Origin: Perkinsus olseni
Lineage: Eukaryota
Length of the DNA stretch: 63,504 nucleotides
Assembly (NCBI GenBank): GCA_013115125.1
Contig: JABANN010000136.1
Location: 1 to 63,504, forward strand
Direction: 5' to 3'
The notes under the pieces are model-generated. The model was not told where the DNA came from and ran no database searches. It saw only the letters and a program-made list of their open reading frames with translations. The position numbers and the translations under genes were made by a program. Shown in pieces: positions 1-13,306 of this stretch (positions are counted from its first letter, which is position 1; each line of letters begins with the position of its first letter).

Positions 1-1401
1 CTCCTGGTACCTCACCGAGTTCAGACGGCCCTCAACTGTGGTGAAGCACAACTTTCTCCCTCCAACGATCGCCAGTCCCTCAGCATTTCCCGAGCTTTGA
101 GCTTGCGTGGGCAGGGGCATAGTGCGATTTCCACGATAGTTCCCCCAATGGGGTCCATTCGTCCCCACCCACGCCGGTCATTATTCCCGGGAACTAAAAC
201 AGGAATCATTGGGGAAGGGAAGAATGATTCTTCCTCAGCCTTCAGCCACCCTTAGTGACACTAAGTGACTATAGTCGTGAATGTTTCTGATACCACGATG
301 TGCTCTGAGTTGCGGCTTCATCCGACCCCTAGAAGAGATAAGAATGGGCGAATCAATCCATCACGGTTTCGGAATCCCCTCGTAAGACTGTGAAGCCGCC
401 AGACCGGATGCAATTAGAATTGGCGAATTTATACTGGGTAAGTTGCACCTTCGCGTGGAATGACAACTGGATTGGATTATGCTGGGTAAGATGAGAAACA
501 CCCGTCTGAAGCTGGAAGAAACTGGTTTAGCAATCGTTTAAAAATCCAGAAAGGTTGATGCAGATCAAAGAGCCGTCGCGAGCTAGGAAGCTGCTAACTG
601 AGCGACGCGGAGGGTGACTGCGATGTCGATTGAAGCTTCCCTTATACATCGCGCTGACAGCAGAAGTACATAGCGGGACTGTCACCGGTTGGTGGCTTCA
701 TCTAGCAAGCTGCCCTCCGTCACGAATAACGCCGAGTACAGCCGTCTCAGCACAGAGACTTCCCGGGAGCGTGACGCTGTACATGAAGTACAGTTTCACT
801 GGACGACTTTGCGGAGTCGCTTCTGAGAAAAAAACAATTCTCAGAAACGATTCGATAAACGCAATGAGGGACATGAGGGAACTCTGTGGAATTCTTTCCG
901 ATGTGGGTTTTTTTATCACTCTGGTTCTATCGTGCTGTTGAGACCGAAAACTTCAGGGGAAATTGTGCTGGATGGTTGCGAAACATTGCTTCGTCAACTG
1001 CAGATAGGCATCGCAAAGGCATCGCAGATTGTACCGTGCCGGGCAAGCACGCGTAGTAGTTATATCGAAGCTCGTCGAGCTGGAACCTTCAAACGCAGAG
1101 GAAGCGATCAGAAGGTCAACGCTAGTCTGAGCGATTTATCGCCGGGACCTCCTCGAGGGCATCCTAGGTGACCTCCTGGGCACCTAACTGGCCTATAAAT
1201 GGTGACTCCCTCGCATGATCGCCGAATAGCGAAGAAACAGAAGCGGATCTCTCGAGAGTAGGGGATGCAACCATCCGCTGCTGGCTGGTGCTGACGTCGT
1301 TAACCCACACCTACACCACGCTCGAAGGAGACCAGAACCAACCATCCGGAGAAATGGCGCCGAAACTCGCCAGAAAACTCGCCAGCCGCGAGTGCAAGAC
1401 T

Positions 1402-1587
1402 GAATTTCCTCCTAAACTCAACTCACTGGGCTGGATTCAGCAGGCAATGGAAGCTGACCCTCTCCAATGGAATGATAACACTCTTATATAGACGAATTTC
1501 CTCCTGAACTCAACTCACCGGGCTGGATTCAGCAGGCAATGGAAGCTGACCCTCTCCAATGGAATGATAACACTCTTATATAGACGA
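1402..1587. repeat. 92-bp direct tandem duplication (2 copies)
   Basis: GAATTTCCTCCT(A/G)AACTCAACTCAC(T/C)GGGCTGGATTCAGCAGGCAATGGAAGCTGACCCTCTCCAATGGAATGATAACACTCTTATATAGAC starts at 1402 and again at 1494, with two substitutions. Confidence 0.95.
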
Positions 1588-1724
1588 GGACGGGTGAGCG
1601 GAGACTCAATAATACGCAAATCCTCCACGGATCGAACGCGAGAGTTGCTGAGTAAACAGCCCAAGACACACGGTAGTAACTCGGATGACGAGATGTGGAT
1701 GTCTTGAATACTCTAGATGAACTC

Positions 1725-3161
1725 TTATTCACTGGAAAGTACCGTGCGCTGAGCTGGAGTAGTGCCGAAGAGGGAGTCGATCTTAGCACAGGCTAGGAAG
1801 AAGGGATGCTCTTCAAGTGAAGGACGACTTCTCATATTAGAATACCTGAGCGTGCAGATGATGGCCCGGAAAGGTGGCCCGAAAAGACGGCACGATCCTG
1901 CTGTATGCTTCCTAGCTTTCATTGAGTTAAGGCGTTTGCAGAGGAGAGCGAAGAAAAGAGCGTCGTTGTGCCGCGCTCAAGAGGTAATGTCGCGACTCAG
2001 TATACTGGAGAACCTCCAGGTAAGAGTCCCTCTCCGATCTCAGGTGAGCTCACCATCGCTGCAGATTCGGGTAGTCCTTGAGGTCCAACCCAAAGCATTC
2101 TGTCAGCCTGAAAGTCACGGGGTCCCGCTTTCATGCTGTTCGAGACAGCGGGGGCTCACTGTGCCACCAGAGGAAATACCGCGATGTCCGCTAGACTGAA
2201 GTCGTCAACAAGGTACTCCTTGCTGTCTAAATAGCCGTCCCAGATCATAAGCTCTGCCTTGAGGGCCTGAAGCCTTCAGCTCAAGTGCGCTTCGGTATAA
2301 TTAGCCAGATCTGGTCTATATAAGTGATTTGTTTCGTTATTTCCCTCAATGCTAACGTTTGCGTGTTTATTGTGCTTAATATCAGCCGTTCGCTACCCTG
2401 CGACTACTCCCACCTCTATTTCCTCGACCAATTGCGCTCGGCTCATTCTCTGGTAAAGCACTTTGTCAGCAATGTTCTTAGGATCGAGGTTGAGCTCAAA
2501 CTCGTGGATATACTGCAAACACTTCCCGAGTTGAGCCGGGTCCTTCGGTCTCAGTCGTATCTGCTAAGAAGCTGATGTGATAGGGCAGCCGTCCCTCCAG
2601 GCTCACGTCTCGGTTGAAGACGGCCTCGATGTACTGCATAGCGGCACAGCTCTCAGTGATGACGACATTGTCGTGGATAAGACTAGGAATCTTCTGCCTT
2701 GGATTGATCGCGGTGTATTCCGGTGTTTGGTGCTCGCCTTTCACGATGTTTATCTGAGGAACCTCATGCGACTAAGAGAACTCGAAGGACAAAGCTCCGT
2801 CCCACCGTCTTTCCACTATATGTAACACCCTTCTCTCGAAGTGTGAGGTCGACTCTGAAGCCGTCGTGAGATGACTCCATAGTGTACAAGACAACGCGAT
2901 CGTCACCACTCCGCACATCTCGGAACATCGCCGGAGTCTGAAAGGCCGGACGACCGTTCAACCAGCAGGCCCTCTTGATAAGCACGCGTTGCTGCGCAGA
3001 GGCAGCTCGAAGTTCTGTGTTGGACGTCCACACACTTTGGCAGCCTCGAGGCTATCACGTCGATGAAACTCCTGAGAGCTCTTCCTCCAGCGCGCGAGGT
3101 CTTCCACAGTGCAGCCATCCGAACTTCTACATCGGCGTGATCCTGAGTACCCAGTACCCAT
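1725..3161 (-). CDS. Glutathione S-transferase with N-terminal extension (multi-exon)
   Basis: Spliced exons give VVLYTMESSHDGFRVDLTLREKG, GEHQTPEYTAINPRQKIPSLIHDNVVITESCAAMQYIEAVF (GST N-domain with cis-Pro and ES motifs), WDGYLDSKEYLVDDFSLADIAVFP (N-capping SLAD), and LKDYPNLQRW/YSNMRSRPS. ATG at 3161 (MGTGYS). Confidence 0.88.
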
Positions 3162-4829
3162 CTCAATGATGCACTGCGGGTGACTAAACTCGCATGAACG
3201 CTGTTTGAACTCAACACAGTCCAATTCAACACTCGTTAACGCAACACAGTGTATAAGTGCACGCGGGCCAGTGACACCGATGAACCATTGTGATCATACG
3301 AAAGGGGCCAGAGGAACTCACAAATGTCGCCAATACACTACACAACTCGACGCTGTGTGTCCAGCAGTGGACTGGATGATTGAAACCGGCCAATTTCATA
3401 AGAAGGGCCCATAGACGTCGTTGAGCTCGGTAGCTGACAGGTAAGTGCAACTCCCCGTCACTGTGGAGAGTCGGATCGAGGAGACTAGGGGATATGAATC
3501 ATATATCATTCCGATGATCTTCCTGAGCGAAGCAGTCCTCTTCATTCTCAGTTGAGGTAGCGTGTGCTTTGCCCTGCAGTAACAGCGGTGCCGTTGGTTT
3601 AGCCCTCGTACCCTGAGCAATGTTCGCACTCGTTACCTGCTGGTGTGGGCGAGTTTTTAGTCCAATGCTGGACCGGTTCAGTTACCAAGTCTAGTCAAAC
3701 TTGGATCATCACTTGGACTTGGGCCTGACTCTGACATAATTGGTGTTGATGTAGTTAAAATGTCTGAAACTTGCATAGTTAGCGTCAAACTTTCTTGCAG
3801 CTCATCCGTTCACGAGTCGAACTGGGAAAGGGTGTTGGTAGGAATCTCGATACCGATTTAATAAACTGGTACTTGTCGGTCACTTGCAGTACAGCTCCAG
3901 TTGCGCTGTCGTAGCCAACGCGATGATATCAACCGTCAAGTTCTGACTGAGAAACCCGGTTTGGCGAGTGTACCCTAATGCAATACAGCTGAGGAACAGG
4001 GCTCGTTTATCCTACGAGAACGTTATGGCAATATAAAAGTCCGACCGAATCACTGGTGACTCACCCGTGATTAATGCGGGAGTTTCCCGTAGCTGATTGA
4101 AGTATGCCAGTCCATAGGTGATCTTTGCAAAGCGAGCAAGATAGACTGGTCAGCACGAACTCAGCACGTAGATCGCTTCGACCACCAGGAACGAAGAACT
4201 GCAACAGGGATGGCAAGCTTGGTGTCTCTAGAACTGCGGACAACTCGCGGACGAACATCTGTTATGCGGACATATCCGACCCAATATCTCCGGACTCCGG
4301 CAGGAACCCGTCCACTCGGGCCGTGAGTCAAGGCGGAAAAGGCGGAATTTTTTCTGTCGTATGACACCGCGTCCGCATCGGTATGGATACAATTCCGGAA
4401 TCTCGGAGCTGACACGTCGATGAAACTGCTGATACTTCTTTCTCCGGCGCCCCGACCATCCGAGCTACTTGACGGGCCAAAAACTCAGCAACTCAATTAT
4501 TAAAGACCGCAGCCGACCGAACCGACCAACTCGCTTCTTCCAACACGACCCGACTCGACATTCTTATAAACTCAACGCGGAGTGACGGGCCTCTGGTAGT
4601 AATGGTGTTCCTCAACGGAACGAAATAAAACTCAGAATAACGCTAATCAATGATGCACTTGCCATTCGCAGCCATTCAGGAATGGGCTGAATAGTGAAAC
4701 CTAGGGAACTCACCGAGGAGGGCCACTGGTAAATACTCGAACCGTACATGCTGCCTTGTGTGCTTAGAAAAAGTGAATCAAAGGATGAACAAAATAGCGG
4801 TGGGTCAGGACCGACAGGCTAAAATCACT

Positions 4830-7800
4830 TCACTGGGCCGCTCCCGGATCATGTTGAGACAGCTGACTCAAGCTTGAGCTCGTCTGGACGCGCCGTGCAT
4901 CTTTAGCTAGCCGGCGGATGACCAACTGCCGATAATCGTCGCTGCAGTGGGATATGTCGCAGTGAGGAAGCAAACTGTTCTGGCTGTTCATCCATGCCTT
5001 GGCTCCGAGCAACGACCTAACAGCAAACATTAGTACTTAGAAGCTACATCCAATCTAGCTATAAACCCTGATAATCATAAATCTCTATCATGTACTTCAA
5101 GACGCTCACCGTACGCTCAATTCTTTTAATTACTAATACGAAGGGACATAACGGTCGAATCTCTTTCATGGGCCGCCACTTCCCTCAAGGCGGTAACGTT
5201 ATCATAATTCATCGCTCGGTACCGTCACATCGGGGCTCACCTGTGGACTGACGCTGAGATGCCGCTGAGAAGACCCCTCAAAGGCGAGTGTAGCATCATC
5301 ACAGCACTGCCAATTATAGCCATAACCATACCGAACGGTAAGCGGCACAGTACCAAGCCCGACACTAAGAGTATGTAGAATACGGGCTTGGACAGCGGGT
5401 CCCTGATAAGAGATGCACTCGCCGTAGATTGGTCGCATCACAAGCTCACCTCCACATGAGGATGTCCTCACCAAGGTCCAACGAATCAGCGAGAATCCTG
5501 AGTGGTCGCTGAAACCGTGCGGCTGTATCCTTCAGCCACGTAGGGGACAGTTGGGTGAACCTCCGCACTAAGGCGTTGATTGACTTCTCTGCGTCATCAT
5601 CATCATCGCCGTCATCTCCTGACAACAAGTAAGAAAGACTGCAAGACTCGCGATTCAACTCAAGAGCGCGAGGACGGCGAATCTGCATCCCGTCAGAGAC
5701 TCCAGCAGACTTGGCACCGCCAGGCTTTTGAGAGCCATCAATGTTCCTGCCAAGTTGGCTGTCTAAGGCGCGTCAATAAGCGAGGGGCGCTGTACGTTTT
5801 CACCGGCGGTAAATGACGGCCTCGACGCTGGCGTTGCACTATGACGAAGGGAATTGGTGTGAATTACTACCATCTTGGTCCAATGAAACGAAAGCCATAC
5901 TGCCATGCCTGTTGATGTTGGACTCTTGGTCGACCACCTTCTTGTAAGCAGACATCATCTTGTTACGTACCATCACGACCGCTACACCCCAGCACAGACC
6001 AGCGGGCCAGTACTCTACGAAGCAACTGAGAGGAAACTATTGCCACTACCAAGGCAACCACTCCAAGCGGGGGTGACCGACAACTAACGATGGCTGCAGG
6101 CCACGAGCACCCTCGGACTGCTCCCGAGATGAGAGTAGCTATGCAATCGCGTGTATTCATCAACCACTCGACAACCATTCATCAACCGATGAGCTCCGGG
6201 ATTCAACGAGCGATGTGTGAGTTTCGCCGTCGTGTTTTCATCACCCACGGTTATTACCATGCATAGAGGTAGGCGGCCCATACTAAGAGGGATTGCCACC
6301 AGCTGTCCCACCGGAATATAGGATAGACGAACCCCATGAGAAGACCCTTCAGTTGATCTGTCCATAAAGTCTCTAAAATATACCTGACAAACAGCTTCCC
6401 AACACGCAGCTGTGACTACATCCATGCCAATCACGGAGCGATCTTGGATACGTCAGCAGCCGTGCCCGTCAGCGTTAGTTTCCACGATAAAAGCGTCCAG
6501 ACATCCCAACGCTAACTGGTGAGGACCACCGCCGGCACTACATCCCAGGGCCATAAAGGGCATTGACGTCGAACTTAGGCTTGTCCTTAGGCTGGGATTC
6601 CATCAGCATATAATGCTGCATGTAAGCTGATACCTCCGAGGCCACTGTGTAGCTGAACTCAACTTCTAGTCGTACAGCGCCAGCCGGTTTGCCTGATGCA
6701 GTAGGGTTAGTGAGAATTGACACAATGGGCGGCATTACCCTGGTAGCGTAGCGGCACCCAACCGTCCACAGGCTCGTCACGGCGAAGGGTAGACAGGTCG
6801 AGGTCACCGTTACCAATGACGTCATCAGATGATGCTACATCACGGTCGAAACTGAGAAGATGACAAGCGTGGGGAACGAACCAGGGACGGCCGATGCACA
6901 AATGCCTACACTTCCACATGCAGCATCTGTCCCGGTGTTTTCAACACCATCGTTGAGCACCGGTAGTCCCACACTGGCTGCAACGTGTGCTTCAAAAATG
7001 GCGTCCGGCGAGTTATCTAAGAACCGAAAGACACGCGCTAGCTTCCCCAGAAGCGTCTTCAACCGGAATCCAACCAAGCGCGCTTGCACCCAAGAGAACC
7101 GACGAGCTCTGAGCAGTTCACAACAGAGACGCTCCTTGACATCCCGGATACTCAGCACACAGAATGACCCACCTTGTCCTTATTGACCCACAGGACACAG
7201 TAAGGATCAGAGCTCGACTTCCGACCAAAGACATTCGTGTCCGCTGCCCTCAGACCTCTTGCTTCGATGACCCGAACATTTAGCAACGCGTACAGGTCCC
7301 ATCCGAAGTGCACTGAAAGTAATGGCAATCAGTACACTGCCTCGACGCTCATCCACACCCCTCCGATGACGTACAGCACTAGCATTGTAACGAAGCTTCC
7401 GAATGAGCGAAAGTGTCTCTGCCTCTCCTGAATTTCAGGAGCACTTCCAGGATTCAATTTAACATGTACAAGACGATCCTGGGAGCACTCCTCTCAGAAC
7501 TCAGGAGAGGCAGTCTATCGAAGGCCCTATGGACCGTACACTACCTGTAGGGTTGTGCGGGTCGATGTACCTCTGGCCGTCCGACATAACCCTAGCCTTC
7601 CGCCATATGGTGGGCATTCTCCGCGGCTGATACGACGACACCGCCGCCGACTGCTGAACCGCTGGTACATCAGTAACCGCTGTACTCGGGGACTCGCTCG
7701 ACGACGAGACGCCCGACGCTGGAAGAGGCTTTGATTCTGATAACAGGAAGCCTGCCACCGCTCAGGCATTGAGGGATACCCACCTTGGGCTGGTGCTGAT

Positions 7801-8488
7801 GCCAGGGAGCCCGACGCTGCCGAGAACGAGCGGCTGTCCAGAAGTTTGGAGTTGCTGATCTCCTGTCCATTGAAGCATCTGATATTCACAAGGGAGGCTC
7901 CTCGTCAATATTATCGTGTGCACAGCAACTATCATTCTACCGCGCGCCACGAAATTCACCCCAGGCCAAAACCGCCACTACTACCTCTTGCAAATTTTCG
8001 TACCGATGAACCTCCCTGTCTGCAGGCAGTTCCTGCATACAATGTTGCCACACTTGGCGCATCGGTAAGCCCTAAGATCATTACCACCATTGGAACTCTG
8101 AGAGTACTTAACGGGAGAGCCGGCCGTCTCATGGGACCACCTCCCTCTGACTCTGACACCAAGTCCGTTCTCAACCACAATTTTCACCACCTCCTGAGGG
8201 TAGTAGCCAATTAAATCAGGGCTTGTTTGTCATGCTAGTATCAGTTCAAGCAGTCTAGAGAAACCATCGAAGCCGTCCAGTAAAACTACACTCCGAGCGA
8301 TAGTAGTACCTTCTCAACTTTCCTATCCGCCCTCTGCAATGGTTACAAAAATTGTCGTTGTTCTCAACCCATCTGTCCAGTGCAATCCCTTGGAAGTCTC
8401 TGGTGCTCAGCCGCAGCAGCTCGTCCTTCTTACTACCATCATTATTACCAGTAGCGCCTTCTGTCGTTGCTGATGATGTACTTTTCAT
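4830..8488 (-). CDS. FYVE-like Zn finger + C2 domain + MCTP/PRT_C-like transmembrane protein, paralog A (multi-exon)
   Basis: Exons: WVENNDNFCNHC..RRAYRCAKCGNIVCRNC..TKICKRC; GWDLYALLNVRVIEARGLRAADTNVFGRKSSSDPYCVL (~7190-7305); FDRDVASSDDVIGNGDLDL; FQRPLRILADSLDLGEDILMW followed by hydrophobic segments. The last exon is uncertain. Confidence 0.8.
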
Positions 8489-9255
8489 GAAAAAACAACT
8501 GCAAAAATGCATCCCCGAACTATCCAGAACATTATCTAATCAGCACATACCTCGCTGACTTCCCCGTCATACCACAACAATGATATCTTCCATATGATTC
8601 CCGCTACACTATGTCAAAAAGGGCGCTCATCCACGCATTCAGGACCTCTCGTGTCCGCACCAACCCGCTCAGTTACAGTGAGAATAATAGAGGTCCACTC
8701 GACAAGAGCGAGCTCGAGCATCCCATCTTAGCCCAGGCTGAGAAACCCAATGCCAAACCCACTAGTAGGACAAACTAAACGCCTTGGGTATTATAGAATC
8801 TTTGCAGGCAACCGCACTGATTATGCGTTGTTACTATCATCAAGAAGCAATGATGGCGAGGAATAGCGATAGCTACAGACGCCCACACCATCACTACAAT
8901 AAGGAAAGAAGAAGATCAGTAGTATATGAGAGACTAAATGAATAAGCAAAGGAAGACGAGAAGGAGAGCAGTGGTTACTTGACTTTGAGCAACGACTCAG
9001 CAACGGCCTCGCTACCTCACCTACAACAGCAACCATCGTCGATAACAGTATATAAACTCGAGAGCGGCCTGGCTCCTATCGAGCACCACGGCAGAAAGAT
9101 GATGAAGATGACCTCGATCTCCGAGGAAAATGCCAACACTTGGTCGGCAGAGGACCTCAGCTCAACACGTTACACACGACAAAATGGCGAGCCTGAGATC
9201 CCAGAAATAACGGGACAATATCCAGTCTCGGCAGAGACTCACCTTGGTCCATCAT

Positions 9256-11784
9256 TCATATGAGGTCATCAGGGCATCTACTTCTGCTGTTGTTTTCTCT
9301 GTTTTTTGGCTGCCTGTTTCCGGAACTCCTCCGACATTTGGAACTCCTCCATAGCGTCAAGCAGGCCGATATCTCCGGTGGGCTTAGGCCTGGGCGACGA
9401 AAAAATGTAACGACCGAAAGGCTGTGGATACATGACTTACCGGGCTGTTGCCTGTGCTAGGCCAATACTGAGGCCCTTCAAAGGCGAGTTGGCGCAGATG
9501 ATCCCAACACCAACAACCATGACAACAATCCAGAATGGGATGAAGCAGAGGACTACGCCAAGGGCCAGCAGGGCATAGAAGACGGTCTGGGACATCTTGT
9601 GCCTGAATGATGACGATCAATTCAGAAAAGAACGGCGGAAAATGAGGTCCCCTACTTCCACAATATAATCTCTCTGATTTCGTTAACGAGATCGGCTAGA
9701 GTCCTCACAAGTGGCTGGAATCCTGCTGCCAGATCCTTGACCCATCCCGGTGAGAGTCTAGTGAAGGTCTTAATAAGACCGTTGAAGGACTGTTCTTGAG
9801 GCTCATCACCTGAACGACGAAAAAAGGGGTATATGAACGCTCTCAATATTCCAACAACTCTGATGAGCGATGAACTCGTACGAGAAGAGCTCCTAGTGCG
9901 CTTCGAATGAAGAGAGGGGAAATTCATTACCATCGTTGTCACTATCAGAGTCCTCCAATACTAACTTTCCACTCGCATCAACGGTGGACGTTAGAGTCCT
10001 ATTCTGCATGAAACGATCGTAACCCTTGAGGAACTTGTTCCGGACCATGGCAACTGCCAGAGCCCAGCAGCCGAATGCCGGCCAGTAGGCCGCGTAGTAA
10101 CTGATAGAAAAAGTGTAAAACAATTGAGTCACGCGGACACTCCTCACCTTCCGTATATGAAACCTATGAGAACCATTGCGGATAGTAGCCAGTTTTCCCA
10201 CATCAAAATGGGCAGCACGTGATTCATGAGGAACGGCTGGAGCGTGTCAAACCACAAGACCTGTGCCATGAACCTGACGAAGAGAGAATAACGAAATTTA
10301 CGAAATAACGAGGAAATAGGTTGGAATTTCCGGGCTCTCGCGAAGAGTGAAAGAGAAAAACGGCGGGTGCATCATCCTACATGCCGGGTCCATAGAGAGC
10401 GTTGATATCGAACTTCTGCTTTGGCTGGGGCCTCGGCATCATAGCGTTCTGGATGTAGGCGATTCTCTCAGACCCAGGGGTATACATAATCTCCAATTCG
10501 AGATGGATGGCACCAGCAGGCTTGCCTGGGAAATCCACTAATATTCAGAATTACCCACAGGCTAACTCTTACCATCTTCGCCCGTCAAGGGCAACCAACC
10601 GTTCGAGGGCTGGCCGGGGATGAGGTTGGTGAGGTCAATGTAAGCTGTACCAAGGAGATCATCATCAGAGGTCATATCATAATCGTATCTAGCAAGTTTC
10701 ATCGGCAGAGCGAAGCTGATGGCGTGCCACTTACACTTGAACTTCCATCTTCTGGCAGGGGGTATCCACGACCATAGTGGTACACTCGAAGTTCCATACA
10801 GGCGTCAGGGTTTGCTTGCAGATCTTCGTCTTCCTAGTAACCTACAGAAGCAGGAGTGACGATGGTAATGGACTGGTAACAAGCCACTCACGTGATCATC
10901 CAGAAGGGTAAGGACCGTGTAAGGATCAGATGAATTGGAGCCTATGACGTTGATATCGGCGGCAGGCAGACCCGAGGCCTCGATGACCTTCACGTTTAAG
11001 AGAGCGTACAAATCCCAACCGAACTTCACTGAGAGAGGAAAGAGAGTAGAAATCGGACCAGAAGCGAAACGCCTGAGAGTTACTGGTGGTATCGTCCATA
11101 TCCAGCATGCCTCCCTGGTCCGCATCAAAGGTCGACCCGACTCGCAACATGTTGCCGATCTTGCTGTTCTGAGCGACCGCCTTACGGGCTTCCTCGATCT
11201 GCTTCTTACGAGCAGCCTCAGCAGCAGAATCTGCCGGAGTTCCTGATGGAAAAACAGTAAAACCGAGATCGAATCAGCTTCGATTATAGGACTCACCTGG
11301 TTGCGTTGCACTGCCAGCTCCTTGGGGAGTACTGGCTGTTGTCGTTTGAGGGGATGCGGCTTGGCGTTGCTTTGGCGCACCAGCGCTGGTAGAAGCTGCC
11401 CGGCTGCCGGCGCTCTGCTTCTGGGGGCTCGTAGCTTGATCAGGCAGAAGGCCACAGCTGAGATTAGATAGCCATGTAGGTACTGTCATTGTATTTATTA
11501 AAGGTAGTAATAATAATAATCCGTCTAATACCAACAAGATCATACCACACCATACGTAACTCGTCCCAGAATCAATCCCCGGCCTCTTACCATCTCTTGC
11601 ATTTCTTTGTCCCAAAGAGTTTACCCGAAGCTAAGCAGTCTTTACAGACCTCCGTCTCACACAGTTTACACGTGTAGGACCTACAATTGCACTGTCCTCG
11701 ACCCCAACTCCCCAGCCGTCCGCTCAGCCAACCCTACTTTGCTTCTAGGGGCGTCCCACAGTTCGAGCATACGTTGGTTGACAT
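9256..11784 (-). CDS. FYVE-like Zn finger + C2 domain + MCTP/PRT_C-like transmembrane protein, paralog B (multi-exon)
   Basis: MSTNVCSNC../SYTCKLCETEVCKDC..TKKCKRC; GWDLYALLNVKVIEASGLPAADINVIGSNSSDPYTVL; KTKICKQTLTPVWN; YDYDMTSDDDLLGTAYIDL; FQPLVRTLADLVNEIREIILW; TM segments. Colinear with paralog A. Confidence 0.82.
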
Positions 11785-12191
11785 ATTTTCTATTAAAATT
11801 GAAGTAAAAGGCAGTAGCGAGAATCGTTAAGGCATCGGCTCCACGTAGAACACAAAGCATATCTAGCCGCCGTTGTCCCCGAGATATTCCTCTCAGCTTC
11901 TTGTCGTCTTTCGTCATCGATTGCTACTTCCCCGACCTTCAGTCCTCTCTGCTAATATAACGCTGCCCTTAGGTGCAGTCGAGAAGGTTCGATTCCGTCT
12001 GCCGATCATTCTGCAGCGGTTCTGTGGACGGGAATCTCTAGCGCCAATGTCATTAGCTTCAAGATAGGCCGCCTGTGTGAGTCATACCATAATTTAGCTA
12101 ATTCATATTTCGCCGACGCAGTAGCGCGCGCCTGGCTAGTCAGAATGATTCTTTTACACAAGTTAACGCTATTGATCGAGCCATATCAGAT

Positions 12192-12799
12192 ATGGTAAGT
12201 CGCTCCTACATGAATAGTACGAAAGGGCGGTCAGTTTTGCGCTCGTCATGATGGCCGGCAATAGTGTTTGAAATGAATGGATGGCTATTCAACCCGAGCG
12301 GGTTGTCTAGAGAAGCAAACGTTGGCCGCGTAGACGTCTGAGCTTACTCGTGTACGACTTGCCTTGCAGGTTGTCGTGGAAGTGAAGGTTAAGACTGCTG
12401 GTTCTGTCCCTAGACGAGAACAGCGTAGGAATGTAGCTGAAATGGCCGGCTTTCTAAAGTGAATCTTTTGACTCACCGCCTGCAAGCTTCAACCTTGGAT
12501 ACGCCGTCAGGTCGGTACCTAATATCAAGTGTGAGTCCGATCAAGCCGGGTGCTCGGTGTCCGGTGACTACAGCGCTGTCCTGTCTGCCTTGAAGGACAC
12601 TCGCGAGTACATGGACTCTAGGAGACAAGGTTGGTCCTCGACCGCCAGAGCATCGTGCTGCTGGGCTCCGTACGAATCAGGTTACGGCGATTTCCAGGGT
12701 AGCTTTGAGATAATAGCCGACGGTACACCAGGGATGAGGGAGGCCCTCGAGGAGGTCGTCACGCCAACTGTGGAAGCCCGGCCTACTCGCTTCAAGTGA
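12192..12799 (+). CDS. Small (~110 aa) protein, possibly thiamine-binding MTH1187/YkoF-like ferredoxin fold (4 exons)
   Basis: ATG|GTAAGT at 12192, then three phase-consistent GT-AG exons: VVVEVKVKTAGSVPRREQRRNVAEMAGFLK/SVPNIKCESDQAGCSVSGDYSAVLSALKDTREYMDSRRQ/GYGDFQGSFEIIADG...RFK*. The family call rests only on the beta-alpha-beta-beta-alpha-beta pattern and the SGDYxxVL resemblance. Confidence 0.55.
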
Positions 12800-13306
12800 G
12801 TCGACTGGCATAGGCGTTAGAGAGAATCAACCAAACGCTATTTGAGTCCGGCTGAGGTTCCCAGTATGAACGGTGAACGGCATGGTGTCTTAGGATGTTG
12901 GGCGGGCGTGGCAGGTCGTCCTCGTCGGACGGCGTCGTCCAAGTGATGCCTGATATCCCTCAGCGTAAGCGCGTGTTCAGCTATGATGGCTCTGATGAGC
13001 AGAAACAGTTCTATGAGGAGTGGCATAGTCAGTATTAGCCGAGGTAGCGTGGACTATTGTATAGATTCGAATATCGTCTTTGTTGGCGATGTTATGGTAT
13101 TATACCCAGATTTGAATAAATCCGTGAGCAGCTGCTCTGACCCATGAAGCTCGCCAGGAGCTTCAACTCTTTCTTCCAAGTTTGGACGTGTCGAACTGCG
13201 TTAAAAAGGTGGTTTGCCGCCGTGCTAATGGACTTCCTGCGCGCATCGTACGAGTAACAGCTTTCGACGGGAAGCTATTCTAGGGAAGTTTGTTTGGCCT
13301 TACCGA

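Noticed and set aside
16-120. Possible first exon of a minus-strand gene leaving the window (MPLPTQAQSSG..RLNS then GTGAG)
   Set aside because: Too short and without homology evidence to call.
1470-1552. C/D box snoRNA within the tandem duplication (ATGATAA...CTGA)
   Set aside because: Box C is imperfect, the unit spans the repeat junction, and I could not identify an rRNA-complementary guide.
3440-4450. Possible multi-exon minus-strand gene between GST and the C2 gene
   Set aside because: Some exon-like segments are present, but I could not assemble a consistent model or recognise a domain.
5900-7200. Retrotransposon remnant suggested by fragmented ORFs
   Set aside because: The fragments resolve into exons of the C2/TM gene. 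No RT, integrase or gag motifs were seen here or elsewhere in the window.
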